DNA of 64,000 nucleotides from an uncultured delta proteobacterium (lineage in GTDB: Bacteria; Desulfobacterota; Binatia; UBA9968): the NCBI GenBank assembly GCA_963771465.1, contig CAVYTU010000017.1:960001-1024000 (forward strand), written 5' to 3'. Positions 31,619 through 41,900 of this stretch are shown here, in pieces. Within the stretch, counting starts at the first letter, position 1, and every line of letters begins with the position of its first letter. A model generated the notes under the pieces. It was not told where the DNA came from. It did no database searches and saw nothing but the letters and a program-made list of their open reading frames with translations. Both the position numbers and the translations under genes were made by a program.

Positions 31619-32919
31619 AGCTCGCTGTGGTTGGCACGGGTTATGTGGGTTTGGTTGCCGGGACTTGTTTTGCCGAGAGCGGCAACGATGTCGTCTGCGT
31701 CGATATCGATGCGAGCAAGATCGCCATGCTCAAAGAAGGTAAGGTGCCGATCTATGAGCCGGGGTTGGAAGAGATGGTTCGCCGCAATGCTGCCGAGGAG
31801 CGACTGTTTTTCTCCACGGATTTGGCGGCGGCGGTAAAACATGCGGCCATCATATTTATCGCCGTCGGTACGCCGCAAGGGCCAACGGGACACGCCAATC
31901 TGGAATACGTTCGCGCCACGGCAAAGGGTATCGCCAAGGCGATGGATGGCTTTAAGATCATCGTCACCAAGAGCACGGTGCCGGTGGGCACGGCGGATCA
32001 AATCAAACAATGGATCGCCGCAGAAACAGCACAAGGCTTCGCCGTCGTGTCCAATCCTGAGTTCATGAAAGAAGGCGCGGCGGTGGAAGATTTCATGAAG
32101 CCCGACCGCATCGTTTTGGGTAGCGACAACGCCGATGCCATCGAAGCGGTCAAAGAGTTGTACGAACCGTTTATGCGCACGGGTAATCCCATCTTGGCGA
32201 TGGACAGCCGGAGCGCCGAGATGAGCAAGTACGCCGCCAACGCCATGCTTGCCACCAAGATCTCCTTTATCAATGAGGTGGCCCGGCTATGCGAAGATCT
32301 CAACGCCGACATCGGCGAAGTGCGTCGGGCGATCAGCTTGGATCGGCGCATCGGTCCGCACTTTATTTTTCCCGGCGCCGGTTACGGCGGCTCATGTTTT
32401 CCCAAAGACATCCGTGCGATGATCAGTATGGGCGGCGACGATCCCGACATGTTGTTACTCAAAGCGGTTGAGGCGGTAAACGAACGACAAAAAGGCTTGC
32501 TAGTCGAAAAAATCAAGCGCCGCTTCGGCGCCAAGCTGTCCGGACACACCTTCGCCATTTGGGGCTTGGCGTTCAAGCCGCGCACCGACGACATGCGCGA
32601 TGCGCCGTCGATCACCGTCATCGAAGCGCTGCTCGCGGCCGGCGCCAAGGTGCAGGCCTTCGACCCGGAGGCCACGGACGAAGCGCGCAAAATATTTGGC
32701 GCGCGAATTGACTACGCTCAAAGAAGCTACGACGCGCTTAGCGGCGCATCCGCTTTATTGATTCTCACCGAATGGAACGAGTTTCGCCGGCCTGATTTTT
32801 CGCGGGTCAAATCCCTGCTCAAACAGCCGGTGATCATCGACGGCCGAAACATTTACGATGCCGAGGATTTGCGCAAACTTGGATTTACCTACGAATCGAT
32901 AGGAAGGAACCATGGCTAG
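31615..32919 (+). CDS. ugd: UDP-glucose 6-dehydrogenase
   Basis: [32 protein letters not shown]. Confidence 0.96.
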   Translation: MKLAVVGTGYVGLVAGTCFAESGNDVVCVDIDASKIAMLKEGKVPIYEPGLEEMVRRNAAEERLFFSTDLAAAVKHAAIIFIAVGTPQGPTGHANLEYVRATAKGIAKAMDGFKIIVTKSTVPVGTADQIKQWIAAETAQGFAVVSNPEFMKEGAAVEDFMKPDRIVLGSDNADAIEAVKELYEPFMRTGNPILAMDSRSAEMSKYAANAMLATKISFINEVARLCEDLNADIGEVRRAISLDRRIGPHFIFPGAGYGGSCFPKDIRAMISMGGDDPDMLLLKAVEAVNERQKGLLVEKIKRRFGAKLSGHTFAIWGLAFKPRTDDMRDAPSITVIEALLAAGAKVQAFDPEATDEARKIFGARIDYAQRSYDALSGASALLILTEWNEFRRPDFSRVKSLLKQPVIIDGRNIYDAEDLRKLGFTYESIGRNHG

Positions 32920-33851
32920 ATATTTAGTGACTGGCGGCGCGGGTTTTATCGGATCTCATCTGTGCGAGAGTTTCCTCAGCCAGGGGCATGAGGTGCTGTG
33001 CATGGATAATTATTCCACCGGGGCGAAGGATAATATCGCGCCGTTTCTAAAAAACCCGCGCTTTCGCTTCATCGATCATAACGTCAGCCGTTACATCGAA
33101 GTGCCCGAGCCGCTGGATTTCATTCTCCATTTCGCGTCGCCGGCGAGCCCTGTGGATTATTTAGAGCTGCCGATCCCCACGCTCAAAGTCGGCGCGTTGG
33201 GGACTCATAACACGTTGGGCCTCGCCAAGGCCAAGGACGCCGTGTTCTTGTTGGCATCGACTTCCGAGGTTTATGGCGATCCGCTGGTTCGGCCTCAGCC
33301 CGAAGATTACTGGGGCAACGTCAATCCCATCGGTCCGCGCGGTGTTTACGATGAAGCGAAGCGATTCGCCGAGGCGATGACGATGGCCTATCATCGCTAC
33401 CATGGTTTGAAAACTCGGATCGTCCGCATCTTCAATACCTATGGGCCGAGAATGCGGCTGCGCGATGGCCGCGTGGTGCCTAACTTTATCATGCAGGCGC
33501 TCAAAGGGGAGCCGCTGACGGTTTATGGCGAGGGACAGCAGACTAGAAGTTTTCAATATGTCGACGATCTCGTGGCTGGGCTCAATAAGTTGCTGCATGC
33601 GAATTATCACCTGCCGGTAAATATCGGCAATCCTGACGAGATGACCGTGTTGGAGTTCGCCAAAAAAATCATCGAACTGACCGGATTCGAAAAGCTCAAT
33701 TGTCTTTAAGCCGCTGCCGGAGGACGATCCCCAAGTTCGCCAACCCGATATTTCCAAGGCGCGAGCGATTCTCGGTTTTGAGCCGAAGGTAAAGCTTGAA
33801 GCGGGTCTAATCAAAACCATCGAATATTTCCGTTCAAAGTTAACGGGGTAA
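32912..33851 (+). CDS. UDP-glucuronate decarboxylase (UXS-like), +1 frameshift near 33686 (probable error)
   Basis: [30 protein letters not shown]; C-terminus [14 protein letters not shown] continues in the next frame to TAA at 33851. Confidence 0.92.
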
Positions 33852-33853
33852 AA

Positions 33854-34780
33854 ATGAAAGTAGTCGTCACCGGAGGCGCCGGCTTTATCGCTTCGCATAT
33901 TGTCGACGCTTATTTGGCGCGCGGTCACGAGGTGCATGTCTTCGACGACTTCTCCACCGGTCAAAAAAACAATCTCAACGGCAGCGCGACGGTCCATAGG
34001 ATCGATATCGCCGATGGCAAAGTCGTCAAGCTGATCGAAGCATTGAAGCCGGATGCGCTGAGCCATCATGCGGCGCAGATGGATGTGCGCCATTCGGTGG
34101 CGGACCCGACTTTTGACGCGCGCGTCAATATACTTGGTTTTATTAATTTACTCGAAGGCTGCAAAAGCGCCGGCGTGAAAAGAGTGACCTTCGCTTCCTC
34201 CGGCGGCGCGGTGTACGGCGAACAGGAAGTATTTCCGGCCCCTGAAAGCCATCTTACCCAACCGGCGAGCCCCTACGGCGTGAGCAAGCGCGCCGGCGAG
34301 CTTTATCTGTCCTATTATCATCAAGCTTATGGACTTCCCTATATCGCCTTGCGTTACGCCAATGTTTACGGGCCGCGCCAGTCGGCCCACGGCGAAGCCG
34401 GCGTGGTGGCGATATTTTTATCGGTATTGCTTTCTGGCAAGACGCCGCTCATCAACGGCGACGGCAAGCAAACGCGCGACTACGTCTACGTTGACGATGT
34501 GGTGGCGGCGAACGTCGCCGCGCTGGAGTCGCCCTTTGTCGGCCCGATCAATATCGGCACCGGCGTCGAAACCGATGTGACAACGATCTTCGAGCATCTG
34601 CGCAAGGCGGTGGGTAGCGAAGTCAAAGCACAGCACGGGCCAGCTAAAGCCGGCGAGCAGCGGCGCAGCTGTTTGGACACGCGGCGCGCCGGTGACATAC
34701 TGGGCTGGCGGCCCCGGGTCGCACTGGTGGACGGCCTCAAGCGTACGGCGGACTTCTACCGCGCCAACCTGAACCGATGA
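33854..34780 (+). CDS. UDP-glucose 4-epimerase-like NAD-dependent epimerase
   Basis: [33 protein letters not shown]. Confidence 0.92.
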   Translation: MKVVVTGGAGFIASHIVDAYLARGHEVHVFDDFSTGQKNNLNGSATVHRIDIADGKVVKLIEALKPDALSHHAAQMDVRHSVADPTFDARVNILGFINLLEGCKSAGVKRVTFASSGGAVYGEQEVFPAPESHLTQPASPYGVSKRAGELYLSYYHQAYGLPYIALRYANVYGPRQSAHGEAGVVAIFLSVLLSGKTPLINGDGKQTRDYVYVDDVVAANVAALESPFVGPINIGTGVETDVTTIFEHLRKAVGSEVKAQHGPAKAGEQRRSCLDTRRAGDILGWRPRVALVDGLKRTADFYRANLNR

Positions 34781-36570
34781 CTCTCGAGCATATCCGAAAT
34801 TTTTCCATCATCGCCCACATCGATCATGGCAAGTCGACATTGGCGGACCGGCTCCTGGAATTCACCGGCGCGGTGAGCGCGCGGGAAAAGACCGACCAGA
34901 TTCTCGACAGCATGGATCTCGAACGAGAGCGTGGAATTACCATCAAGGCGAGTCCGGTGTGTCTGCGCTACAAGGCCAAGGACGGCAAAGTATATAAGCT
35001 CAACTTGATCGACACGCCGGGCCACGTCGATTTCACCTACGAAGTTTCGCGCAGCTTAGCGGCGTGTGAAGGCGCTTTGTTAGTCGTCGACGCCGCCCAG
35101 GGCGTTGAAGCGCAGACCGTCGCCAACGTCCATATGGCGTTGGATCACAATTTAGAAATTCTCCCGGTCATCAACAAGATCGATTTGCCGAGCGCGGAGC
35201 CCGAACGGGTGAGAATGGAGATTGAAGACGTCATCGGCATCGATGCCTCCTACGCGATTCCCGCGAGTGCTAAAGAAGGCGTCGGCACGGAAGAAATTCT
35301 CGAAGGCATCATCCACCATTTTCCACCGCCCAAGGGCGACCCCGCCGGGCCGCTGCGCGCACTGATCATCGACAGTTGGTTCGATCCCTATCACGGCGCG
35401 GTGGTCATGCTCAGACTATTCGACGGCACGATGCAAAAGGGCACCAAGATTCGCATGATGTCGAGCGGGTTGGTGTTCGAAGTTCTGCGTCTGGGTGTCA
35501 ACTCTCCCGTGCCGGTGGAGGTTTCTGAGCTTCGGGCCGGCGAAGTCGGCTTTGTCATGGCCGGCATCAAGGAAGTCGGCGAGACCCAAATCGGCGACAC
35601 GATGACCACCGACGATCGGCCGGCGAGCGAGCCGCTGCCAGGTTTCAAGCCGATGAAGCCGATGGTCTTTAGCGGACTTTATCCAACCGATTCCGGCCAG
35701 TACCAGGCGCTGCGCGAAGCGTTGGAAAAACTCCGCCTCAACGATTCGTCGTTTACTTTCGACCCCGAGACATCGCAGGCACTCGGCTTTGGGTTCCGCT
35801 GCGGCTTTTTGGGTCTGCTGCACCTGGATATCATCCGCGAGCGGCTGGAGCGGGAGTTTTCGCTCAGCCTAATCACGACCGCGGCGACGGTTATTTATCG
35901 CGTCATAACGGTTACCGGTGAGACGTTGACGATCGATAATCCGGTGAAGCTCCCCAACGAAGGCGAGATCGAGCGCATCGAAGAGCCGGTGATCCAAGCG
36001 ACTTTGCACCTGCCGCAAGAATATCTCGGCTCGGTTTTGACACTTTGCCAGGAAAAAAGAGGCACGCAGAAAGAAATCAAATATCTCGGTCCGAAGCGCG
36101 CCCAGCTGATCTATGAATTGCCGCTCAACGAGATCGTCGCCGATTTTTATGATAAGCTTAAATCCGTCAGCCGCGGCTACGCTTCGATGGATTACGAGGC
36201 GATTGGCTACCGCGAGGCGGATCTGGTCAAGCTGGACGTGCGTATCAACGGCGAGATAGTCGATGCCATGTCGATGATCGTGCACCGAGAAAACGCTTAT
36301 TACCGCGGCCGCGAGTTGGTGCACACCATGCGCGGGTTGATCCCGCGGCAGATGTTCGAAGTGGTGATCCAAGCCGCCATCGGCAGCCGGATTATCTCGC
36401 GCGAGACGGTCAAAGCGTTACGCAAAGACGTGATCGCCAAATGTTACGGCGGTGATATCACCCGCAAGCGCAAACTGTTGGAACGTCAAAAAGAGGGTAA
36501 GAAACGCATGAAGCAAGTCGGCAAAGTGGAAATACCCCAGGAAGCGTTCCTAGCGGCGCTTAAAATTTAG
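34777..36570 (+). CDS. lepA: Elongation factor 4 (LepA)
   Basis: [36 protein letters not shown]. Confidence 0.98.
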   Translation: MTLEHIRNFSIIAHIDHGKSTLADRLLEFTGAVSAREKTDQILDSMDLERERGITIKASPVCLRYKAKDGKVYKLNLIDTPGHVDFTYEVSRSLAACEGALLVVDAAQGVEAQTVANVHMALDHNLEILPVINKIDLPSAEPERVRMEIEDVIGIDASYAIPASAKEGVGTEEILEGIIHHFPPPKGDPAGPLRALIIDSWFDPYHGAVVMLRLFDGTMQKGTKIRMMSSGLVFEVLRLGVNSPVPVEVSELRAGEVGFVMAGIKEVGETQIGDTMTTDDRPASEPLPGFKPMKPMVFSGLYPTDSGQYQALREALEKLRLNDSSFTFDPETSQALGFGFRCGFLGLLHLDIIRERLEREFSLSLITTAATVIYRVITVTGETLTIDNPVKLPNEGEIERIEEPVIQATLHLPQEYLGSVLTLCQEKRGTQKEIKYLGPKRAQLIYELPLNEIVADFYDKLKSVSRGYASMDYEAIGYREADLVKLDVRINGEIVDAMSMIVHRENAYYRGRELVHTMRGLIPRQMFEVVIQAAIGSRIISRETVKALRKDVIAKCYGGDITRKRKLLERQKEGKKRMKQVGKVEIPQEAFLAALKI

Positions 36571-36584
36571 ACGAGGGGTTGCCA

Positions 36585-37253
36585 ATGGCGTTGGAAAAGG
36601 CGAATAAAGTGAAAGAGACAAACGTAATGGAAAGTTCGGCAACGATGAAGGCAAAATCGACTTTCCGCGAATACGCGGAAGCGATCATCATGGCGCTGGT
36701 TTTGGCGCTGTTTATCCGGACTTTCATAGTTCAAGCGTTCAAAATTCCTTCCGGTTCGATGATCCCGACTTTGGCCATCGGCGATCACATCCTGGTCAAT
36801 AAGCTATCCTACGGTGTGCGCATACCGTTTCTCGAACGCTATCTGCTCGATTACGCAGAACCCGCGCGCGGTGACGTGGTCGTGTTTATCTTTCCGGAGG
36901 ATCGATCCAAGGACTTCATCAAGCGCGTGATCGGGGTTGCCGGCGATACCGTCGAAGTTCGCGCCAAAAAAGTTTATATCAACGGCAAGCCCATCGATGA
37001 TCCCCACGCTTATTTCGCCGGCTACGATCCCCAAGCCGGCGGCGCCGGTAGCGGCGATGAATATGGGCCAAAGGTCGTGCCGGAGAATCATGTTTTTGTC
37101 ATGGGCGATAATCGTGACCGCAGTTACGATAGCCGCTTTTGGGGTTACGTGAGTCTCAACGACGTGCGCGGCAAGGCCTTCCTAATTTATTGGTCTTGGG
37201 ACGGCAATGATCGTTGGGTGCGTTGGGAGCGGCTCGGCAGCCTCATACGGTAA
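36585..37253 (+). CDS. lepB: Signal peptidase I
   Basis: IPSGSM catalytic Ser, FIKRV Lys, GDNRDRSYDSR. Confidence 0.96.
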   Translation: MALEKANKVKETNVMESSATMKAKSTFREYAEAIIMALVLALFIRTFIVQAFKIPSGSMIPTLAIGDHILVNKLSYGVRIPFLERYLLDYAEPARGDVVVFIFPEDRSKDFIKRVIGVAGDTVEVRAKKVYINGKPIDDPHAYFAGYDPQAGGAGSGDEYGPKVVPENHVFVMGDNRDRSYDSRFWGYVSLNDVRGKAFLIYWSWDGNDRWVRWERLGSLIR

Positions 37254-37360
37254 CTAGAAATCAGTTAGAGATTTTAGCTAGAGACGGTCGGCACGTTGGA
37301 GAGCTGGCAGGCACGGGAATATGCCTCTCTTCACAGCGTCAATTTTGAATAGAGGTGGCA

Positions 37361-37648
37361 ATGACCAAGAAAATGAAAATAATCCTGACCACGCTGTCGA
37401 GTCTGCTGCTGTTGCTCGTCGTCGTCAACATTTTCATCGGCCTTGGCAATCAGTCGATCCAAGCCGAGGTGGGCGAGCGCCAGCAGGTGATCGCCCAGAC
37501 GATGCAATTGGAAACGCTCCACCGCCAACTGATCAACGTATTAGCCAATCTCGCGCTCAAGACTAACGATGAACCGCTAAAAAAAGTGTTGTTATCCGCT
37601 GGAATCGATCTCGGCGGCGGGCCGGAAGGCGCACCGGGAAAGAAATGA
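37361..37648 (+). CDS. Unknown single-TM coiled-coil protein, family A copy 1
   Basis: GAGGTG RBS, N-terminal TM, GNQS..ERQQ..ANLA..D..LK..L...GI shared with 38154. Confidence 0.82.
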   Translation: MTKKMKIILTTLSSLLLLLVVVNIFIGLGNQSIQAEVGERQQVIAQTMQLETLHRQLINVLANLALKTNDEPLKKVLLSAGIDLGGGPEGAPGKK

Positions 37649-37654
37649 GGGCTC

Positions 37655-38068
37655 ATGGCTGAGGAAAATTTCGACACCAGGGATGATGGCGATGAAGCGT
37701 CGGCGCTTCATTCGGATCAACGGCCGATTTCGCACTTGCCATTCATCATTACGTTAGTCGCGTTGCTGCTGTATTTTGCGTTTCAGACCCTGTCGCTACT
37801 TACCGAACGGGCGAACCTTGGCTCGGTCAAGAGCAATCAAGACGGCGCGCTCCAGGAGGCGCAGAAAGTCCAGTCACAGTTTCGTTTGCTGGTTAGCAAA
37901 ACCGGCGAGCTCGCCGATCAGGGCCATGCCGGCGCCAAGATGATCATGGAAGGCTTGCAGCGCCAGGGCATCGGTTTCGCTCCGGAAACGAAGATGCCGG
38001 AAACCAAGACGCCGGCCAAAAGCGAACCTTCCGCCCCTGCAAAAAACGAATCTAAAGCGGCGAAGTAG
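37655..38068 (+). CDS. Unknown single-TM coiled-coil protein, family B copy 1
   Basis: Acidic N-tail, TM, FQT..ER..NQ..QEA.KV..LA..G..GA..LQ..G shared with 38451. Confidence 0.82.
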   Translation: MAEENFDTRDDGDEASALHSDQRPISHLPFIITLVALLLYFAFQTLSLLTERANLGSVKSNQDGALQEAQKVQSQFRLLVSKTGELADQGHAGAKMIMEGLQRQGIGFAPETKMPETKTPAKSEPSAPAKNESKAAK

Positions 38069-38153
38069 TCCGAGGTTGTTTGGCGGTCGCAAATTTACCT
38101 AGCGAAATTATCCGGTAGCAACAACCTATTCAGTCGGCACGGTAGGTTAACTC

Positions 38154-38444
38154 ATGATCGGTCAACGGGGACTCAATCTGTTCAGTTTTCTGACGCTGAT
38201 ATTAGTATTCGTCAACATGTTTTTGCTGGTTGGCAATCAATCCTTACAGCGCAGTGTCACGGAGCGCCAGCAGTTCATTATGCAAAGTATCCAGGCGCAA
38301 ACGGGAGCGCGCGAGATCATCGCCGCGGTCGCCAATCTTGCGGTGCGGACCGACGACGAACAGCTAAAAGAGTTGCTGGCCAAACACGGCATCACGGTGT
38401 CGGTAAAATCCGCGCCGGCTGCCGCCGCGGTGAAGAGCAAATAA
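38154..38444 (+). CDS. Unknown single-TM coiled-coil protein, family A copy 2
   Basis: Aligns with 37361-37648. Confidence 0.82.
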   Translation: MIGQRGLNLFSFLTLILVFVNMFLLVGNQSLQRSVTERQQFIMQSIQAQTGAREIIAAVANLAVRTDDEQLKELLAKHGITVSVKSAPAAAAVKSK

Positions 38445-38450
38445 GTCAGA

Positions 38451-38801
38451 ATGAGCGCGGATAACGTCGAAGATCGCGAACAAGCCGCAAGCGAAACTCA
38501 GCCGGTGCCGAGCGCGAACCTCGCGTTAACACTGGTCGTGTTGTCCTGGTGCGCCTGGACGGTATTCCAAACCGTACAGTTCGTGCGCGAGCGTAATCAT
38601 CTGACTCAGCTCAGAGCCAACCAAGAAACGCCCATTCAAGAAGCAACCAAAGTTAGAGCGCAGATCGAGGCCATCACCGCCGACACCGTCAAGCTCGCCG
38701 CAGCGGGCAACGTCGGCGCCCAACGCATCGTCCTCGAATTGCAAAAGCGCGGCTTCAAGCTCCCCGCCAATGCGAAGCCCGCGGCGCCGACAAAAAAATA
38801 G
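38451..38801 (+). CDS. Unknown single-TM coiled-coil protein, family B copy 2
   Basis: Aligns with 37655-38068. Confidence 0.82.
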   Translation: MSADNVEDREQAASETQPVPSANLALTLVVLSWCAWTVFQTVQFVRERNHLTQLRANQETPIQEATKVRAQIEAITADTVKLAAAGNVGAQRIVLELQKRGFKLPANAKPAAPTKK

Positions 38802-38888
38802 TGAAGCATAGCAATTCGCGTGACGGTATGCGGTGGACGTGAGTTAGCCATTCGTGAATTAACCCAATCAATTGTCATATTCATAGAC

Positions 38889-38918
38889 GTCGGGTTACGC
38901 TACGTCGACCCGAGCTAC
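38889..38918 (-). repeat. GTAG-type REP-like palindrome
   Basis: Minus strand GTAG-CTCGGGTCGACGTAGCGTAACCCGAC: GTAG tetranucleotide then a TCGGGT/ACCCGA stem. Confidence 0.55.
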
Positions 38919-38949
38919 TGAAGTGTACACGGCTCGAGAATCCTTCTTA

Positions 38950-38978
38950 TTGACCCTCGCTGAAATTCCCTCTAGCTT
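38950..38978 (+). promoter_or_regulatory. Putative sigma70 promoter of lhr
   Basis: TTGACC-N17-TAGCTT. Confidence 0.45.
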
Positions 38979-38993
38979 GAACTTGTCTATGCA

Positions 38994-41900
38994 TTGGGGA
39001 GATCAAGCTTGAACGATTTATTTCATCCCTTAGTTGAACGCTGGTTTTCTGAGCGCTTTCAGGAACCGACGCCGGCGCAAGCGCATGGCTGGGAATCGAT
39101 CGCTGCCGGAAAGTCTACTTTGATCGCGGCGCCGACTGGCTCTGGTAAGACATTAGCCGCATTTCTTTGGTCCATTGACCGCTTGATCAAACGCGCCCTC
39201 GACGGCGCGCTCGATGAGCGCACCAGCGTTGTCTACGTTTCGCCGCTAAAAGCGCTCGGCAACGATATCGCCAAAAACCTGCAAACGCCGCTGGCGGAAA
39301 TCTATCAGCTTGCCGGCCGCGAAGGTATTTTACTGCCGACGATCCGGGTGGCGGTGCGGTCGGGTGACACGCCGGCAGCGGAGCGCCAGACGATGGTGCG
39401 CCGGCCGCCGCATATTCTCATCACCACGCCCGAGTCGCTCTACATTCTTCTCACGTCCGTGCGTAGCCGCGAGTTTCTTCGTACCGCGGAGACACTGATT
39501 GTCGACGAGATCCATGCCACCGCTCAGGATAAGCGCGGCGCGCATTTGTCGTTGTCATTGGAAAGGCTCGATGCTTTAACAGGTAAGCGACTGCAACGCA
39601 TCGGTTTGAGCGCAACCCAGAAACCGATCGACGAGGTCGCGCGCCTGTTAGTCGGAAGTCGCTACGTTGCGGCAGATCGCACGCCGGACTGTGCGATCGT
39701 CGACGTCGGTCATCAGCGCGAAATGAAACTTCGCATCGAGGTGCCCGACGACGAACTCGGACCGATCATACGCCAGGATATCTGGGCCGCGGTGTACGAT
39801 AAACTTGTCGCTGAGATCAAAGCGCATCGGACGACGCTGATTTTCGTCAACACGCGCCGGTTGGTCGAACGGGTGTCGCACCAGCTAACCGAGCGGCTCG
39901 GCGAGGACAAGGTTGGCGCCCATCATGGCAGCCTATCGCGCAAGTCGCGGCTCGCGGTGGAAGAGAAACTCAAGTCCGGCGCGTACCCGGTCGTCGTCGC
40001 GACCGCTTCCCTAGAACTGGGCATCGATATCGGTCACGTCGACGTGGTTTGCCACATCGGTTCGCCGCGCAATTTGGCCGTGCTGCTCCAGCGGGTCGGC
40101 CGCTCCGGCCACTGGCACGGCGCCATTCCCAAAGGGATACTTTTCCCCTTGACGCGCGATGATCTGCTCCAGTCAGTCGCCGCGATTCGTGCTGTGCGCC
40201 AGGGTGAATTGGACAAGCTCATCGTGGTCAAACAGCCGCGCGATATTCTCGCTCAACAAATGGTGGCGACGGTGGCGAGCTGGGATTCAGGCGCAAACAT
40301 TCCGGTGCGGCAAGGCCACGGGCGAAGCCGATTCGCAATCGCAGAATTGACCGCAAAGAGCGCCAAGAAGAGCGAAGATGAGGGAATTAGTGAAGAGGCT
40401 TTGTGGCAGCTCATGCGCGGCGCGTATCCGTACGAGAATCTCTCGCGCGAAGAATTTGACCAGATTCTTGAGATGCTTTGTGAAGGCGTCGAGACGCGGC
40501 GCAGCCGGCGCAGCGCTTTCATTCACCGCGATCGCATCAACGGCATGCTCCGGCCGCGGCGCGGCGCGCGCTTGACGGCGATTACCAACGGCGGCGCGAT
40601 TCCCGACACGGCGGATTATCAGGTGATCGAATTTCCGAGCGAGACCTTCGTCGGCACGGTGCATGAAGACTTCGCCATCGAGAGCCTGGCGGGGGATATT
40701 TTTCTGCTCGGCAACCGTTCCTGGCGCATTCGCCGTGTCGCTTCGGGCAAGGTATGGGTGGAAGACGCCAAGGGACTGCCGCCGACCATTCCATTCTGGA
40801 TGGGAGAGGCGCCGGCGCGAACCTTTGAACTTTCCAAGGCGGTGGGAGAGTTGCGAGTCGCCGTGGCCGAAAAGCTCACAGACAGATGCGCCGCGGCTCA
40901 GTGGCTCATCGACCAAGTGGCGATGGCGCCGGCGGCAGCCGAGCAGATCGTTGGCTATGTCGCCGATACGATCGCCGTGCTTGGCACAGTGCCGTCGCAA
41001 GGGAAACTCATCGCCGAGCGTTTCTTCGACGAAGCCGGCGGTCAGCAATTGATTCTCCATTCGCCGTGGGGCGGGCGGATCAATCGAGCTTGGGGTTTAG
41101 CGCTGCGCAAGCGTTTCTGCGTCAGCTTCGACCGGGAGTTGCAAGCGGCGGCGACCGACGATGGCATTTGTATTTCTCTGGTCGAGCAACATTCGTTTCC
41201 GCTAAACGACGTCTTCGCCATGCTCAAGCCGGCCATGGTCGAAGACCATCTGACTCAAGCGGCGCTTGATTCGCCGATGTTTACTAACCGCTGGCGCTGG
41301 AATGCGACCCGCGCTCTGGCGCTGATGCGCTTCAGCGGCGGCAAGAAAGTACCCGTCGCACTTCAGCGCATGCGCGCCGAGGATTTGCTCGCCGCGGTAT
41401 TTCCCGAGCAGGTGATGTGTCAGGACAATCGCACTGGGCCGGTGGAGCTGCCTGATCATCCGCTGGTCAAAGAAACCATCGGCGATTGCTTGCACGAAGC
41501 GATGGATATCGATGGCCTCACCGACATTCTTACCCGCATCGAGAACGGCGAGATCGAAACTCTCGCCATCGATACGCCGTCGCCGTCGCCCATGGCCCAT
41601 GAAATTCTCAATGCCAATCCCTACGCCTTTCTCGATGACGCGCCGTTGGAAGAACGGCGCGCCCGCGCCGTGTCGCTCAGGCGGGTCGATCCTTGGCTCG
41701 GACGGGAGTTCGGTCAACTCGATGTCGCGGCGATCGCGGCGGTCTGCAAACAAGCGTGGCCGGAAGTGCGCAACGCCGATGAGCTGCATGATTTTCTCCT
41801 GGGTGTCTGTTTGCTGCCGGTCGCGCTGCGTCCGGATTGGCGTCCACTGGCCGAGCAATTAATCGACAATCGCCGCGCCACTATCGCTAGTTGGCAAGCC

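Noticed and set aside
33161-34093. 310-aa antisense ORF and many other long overlapping ORFs (e.g. 3844-4602, 40287-41060, 56872-57648)
   Set aside because: Shadow frames of well-supported genes in GC-rich DNA; no motifs or RBS.
37982-38014. 15-nt direct repeat encoding PETKM-PETKT
   Set aside because: Two copies in a low-complexity tail; ordinary slippage.
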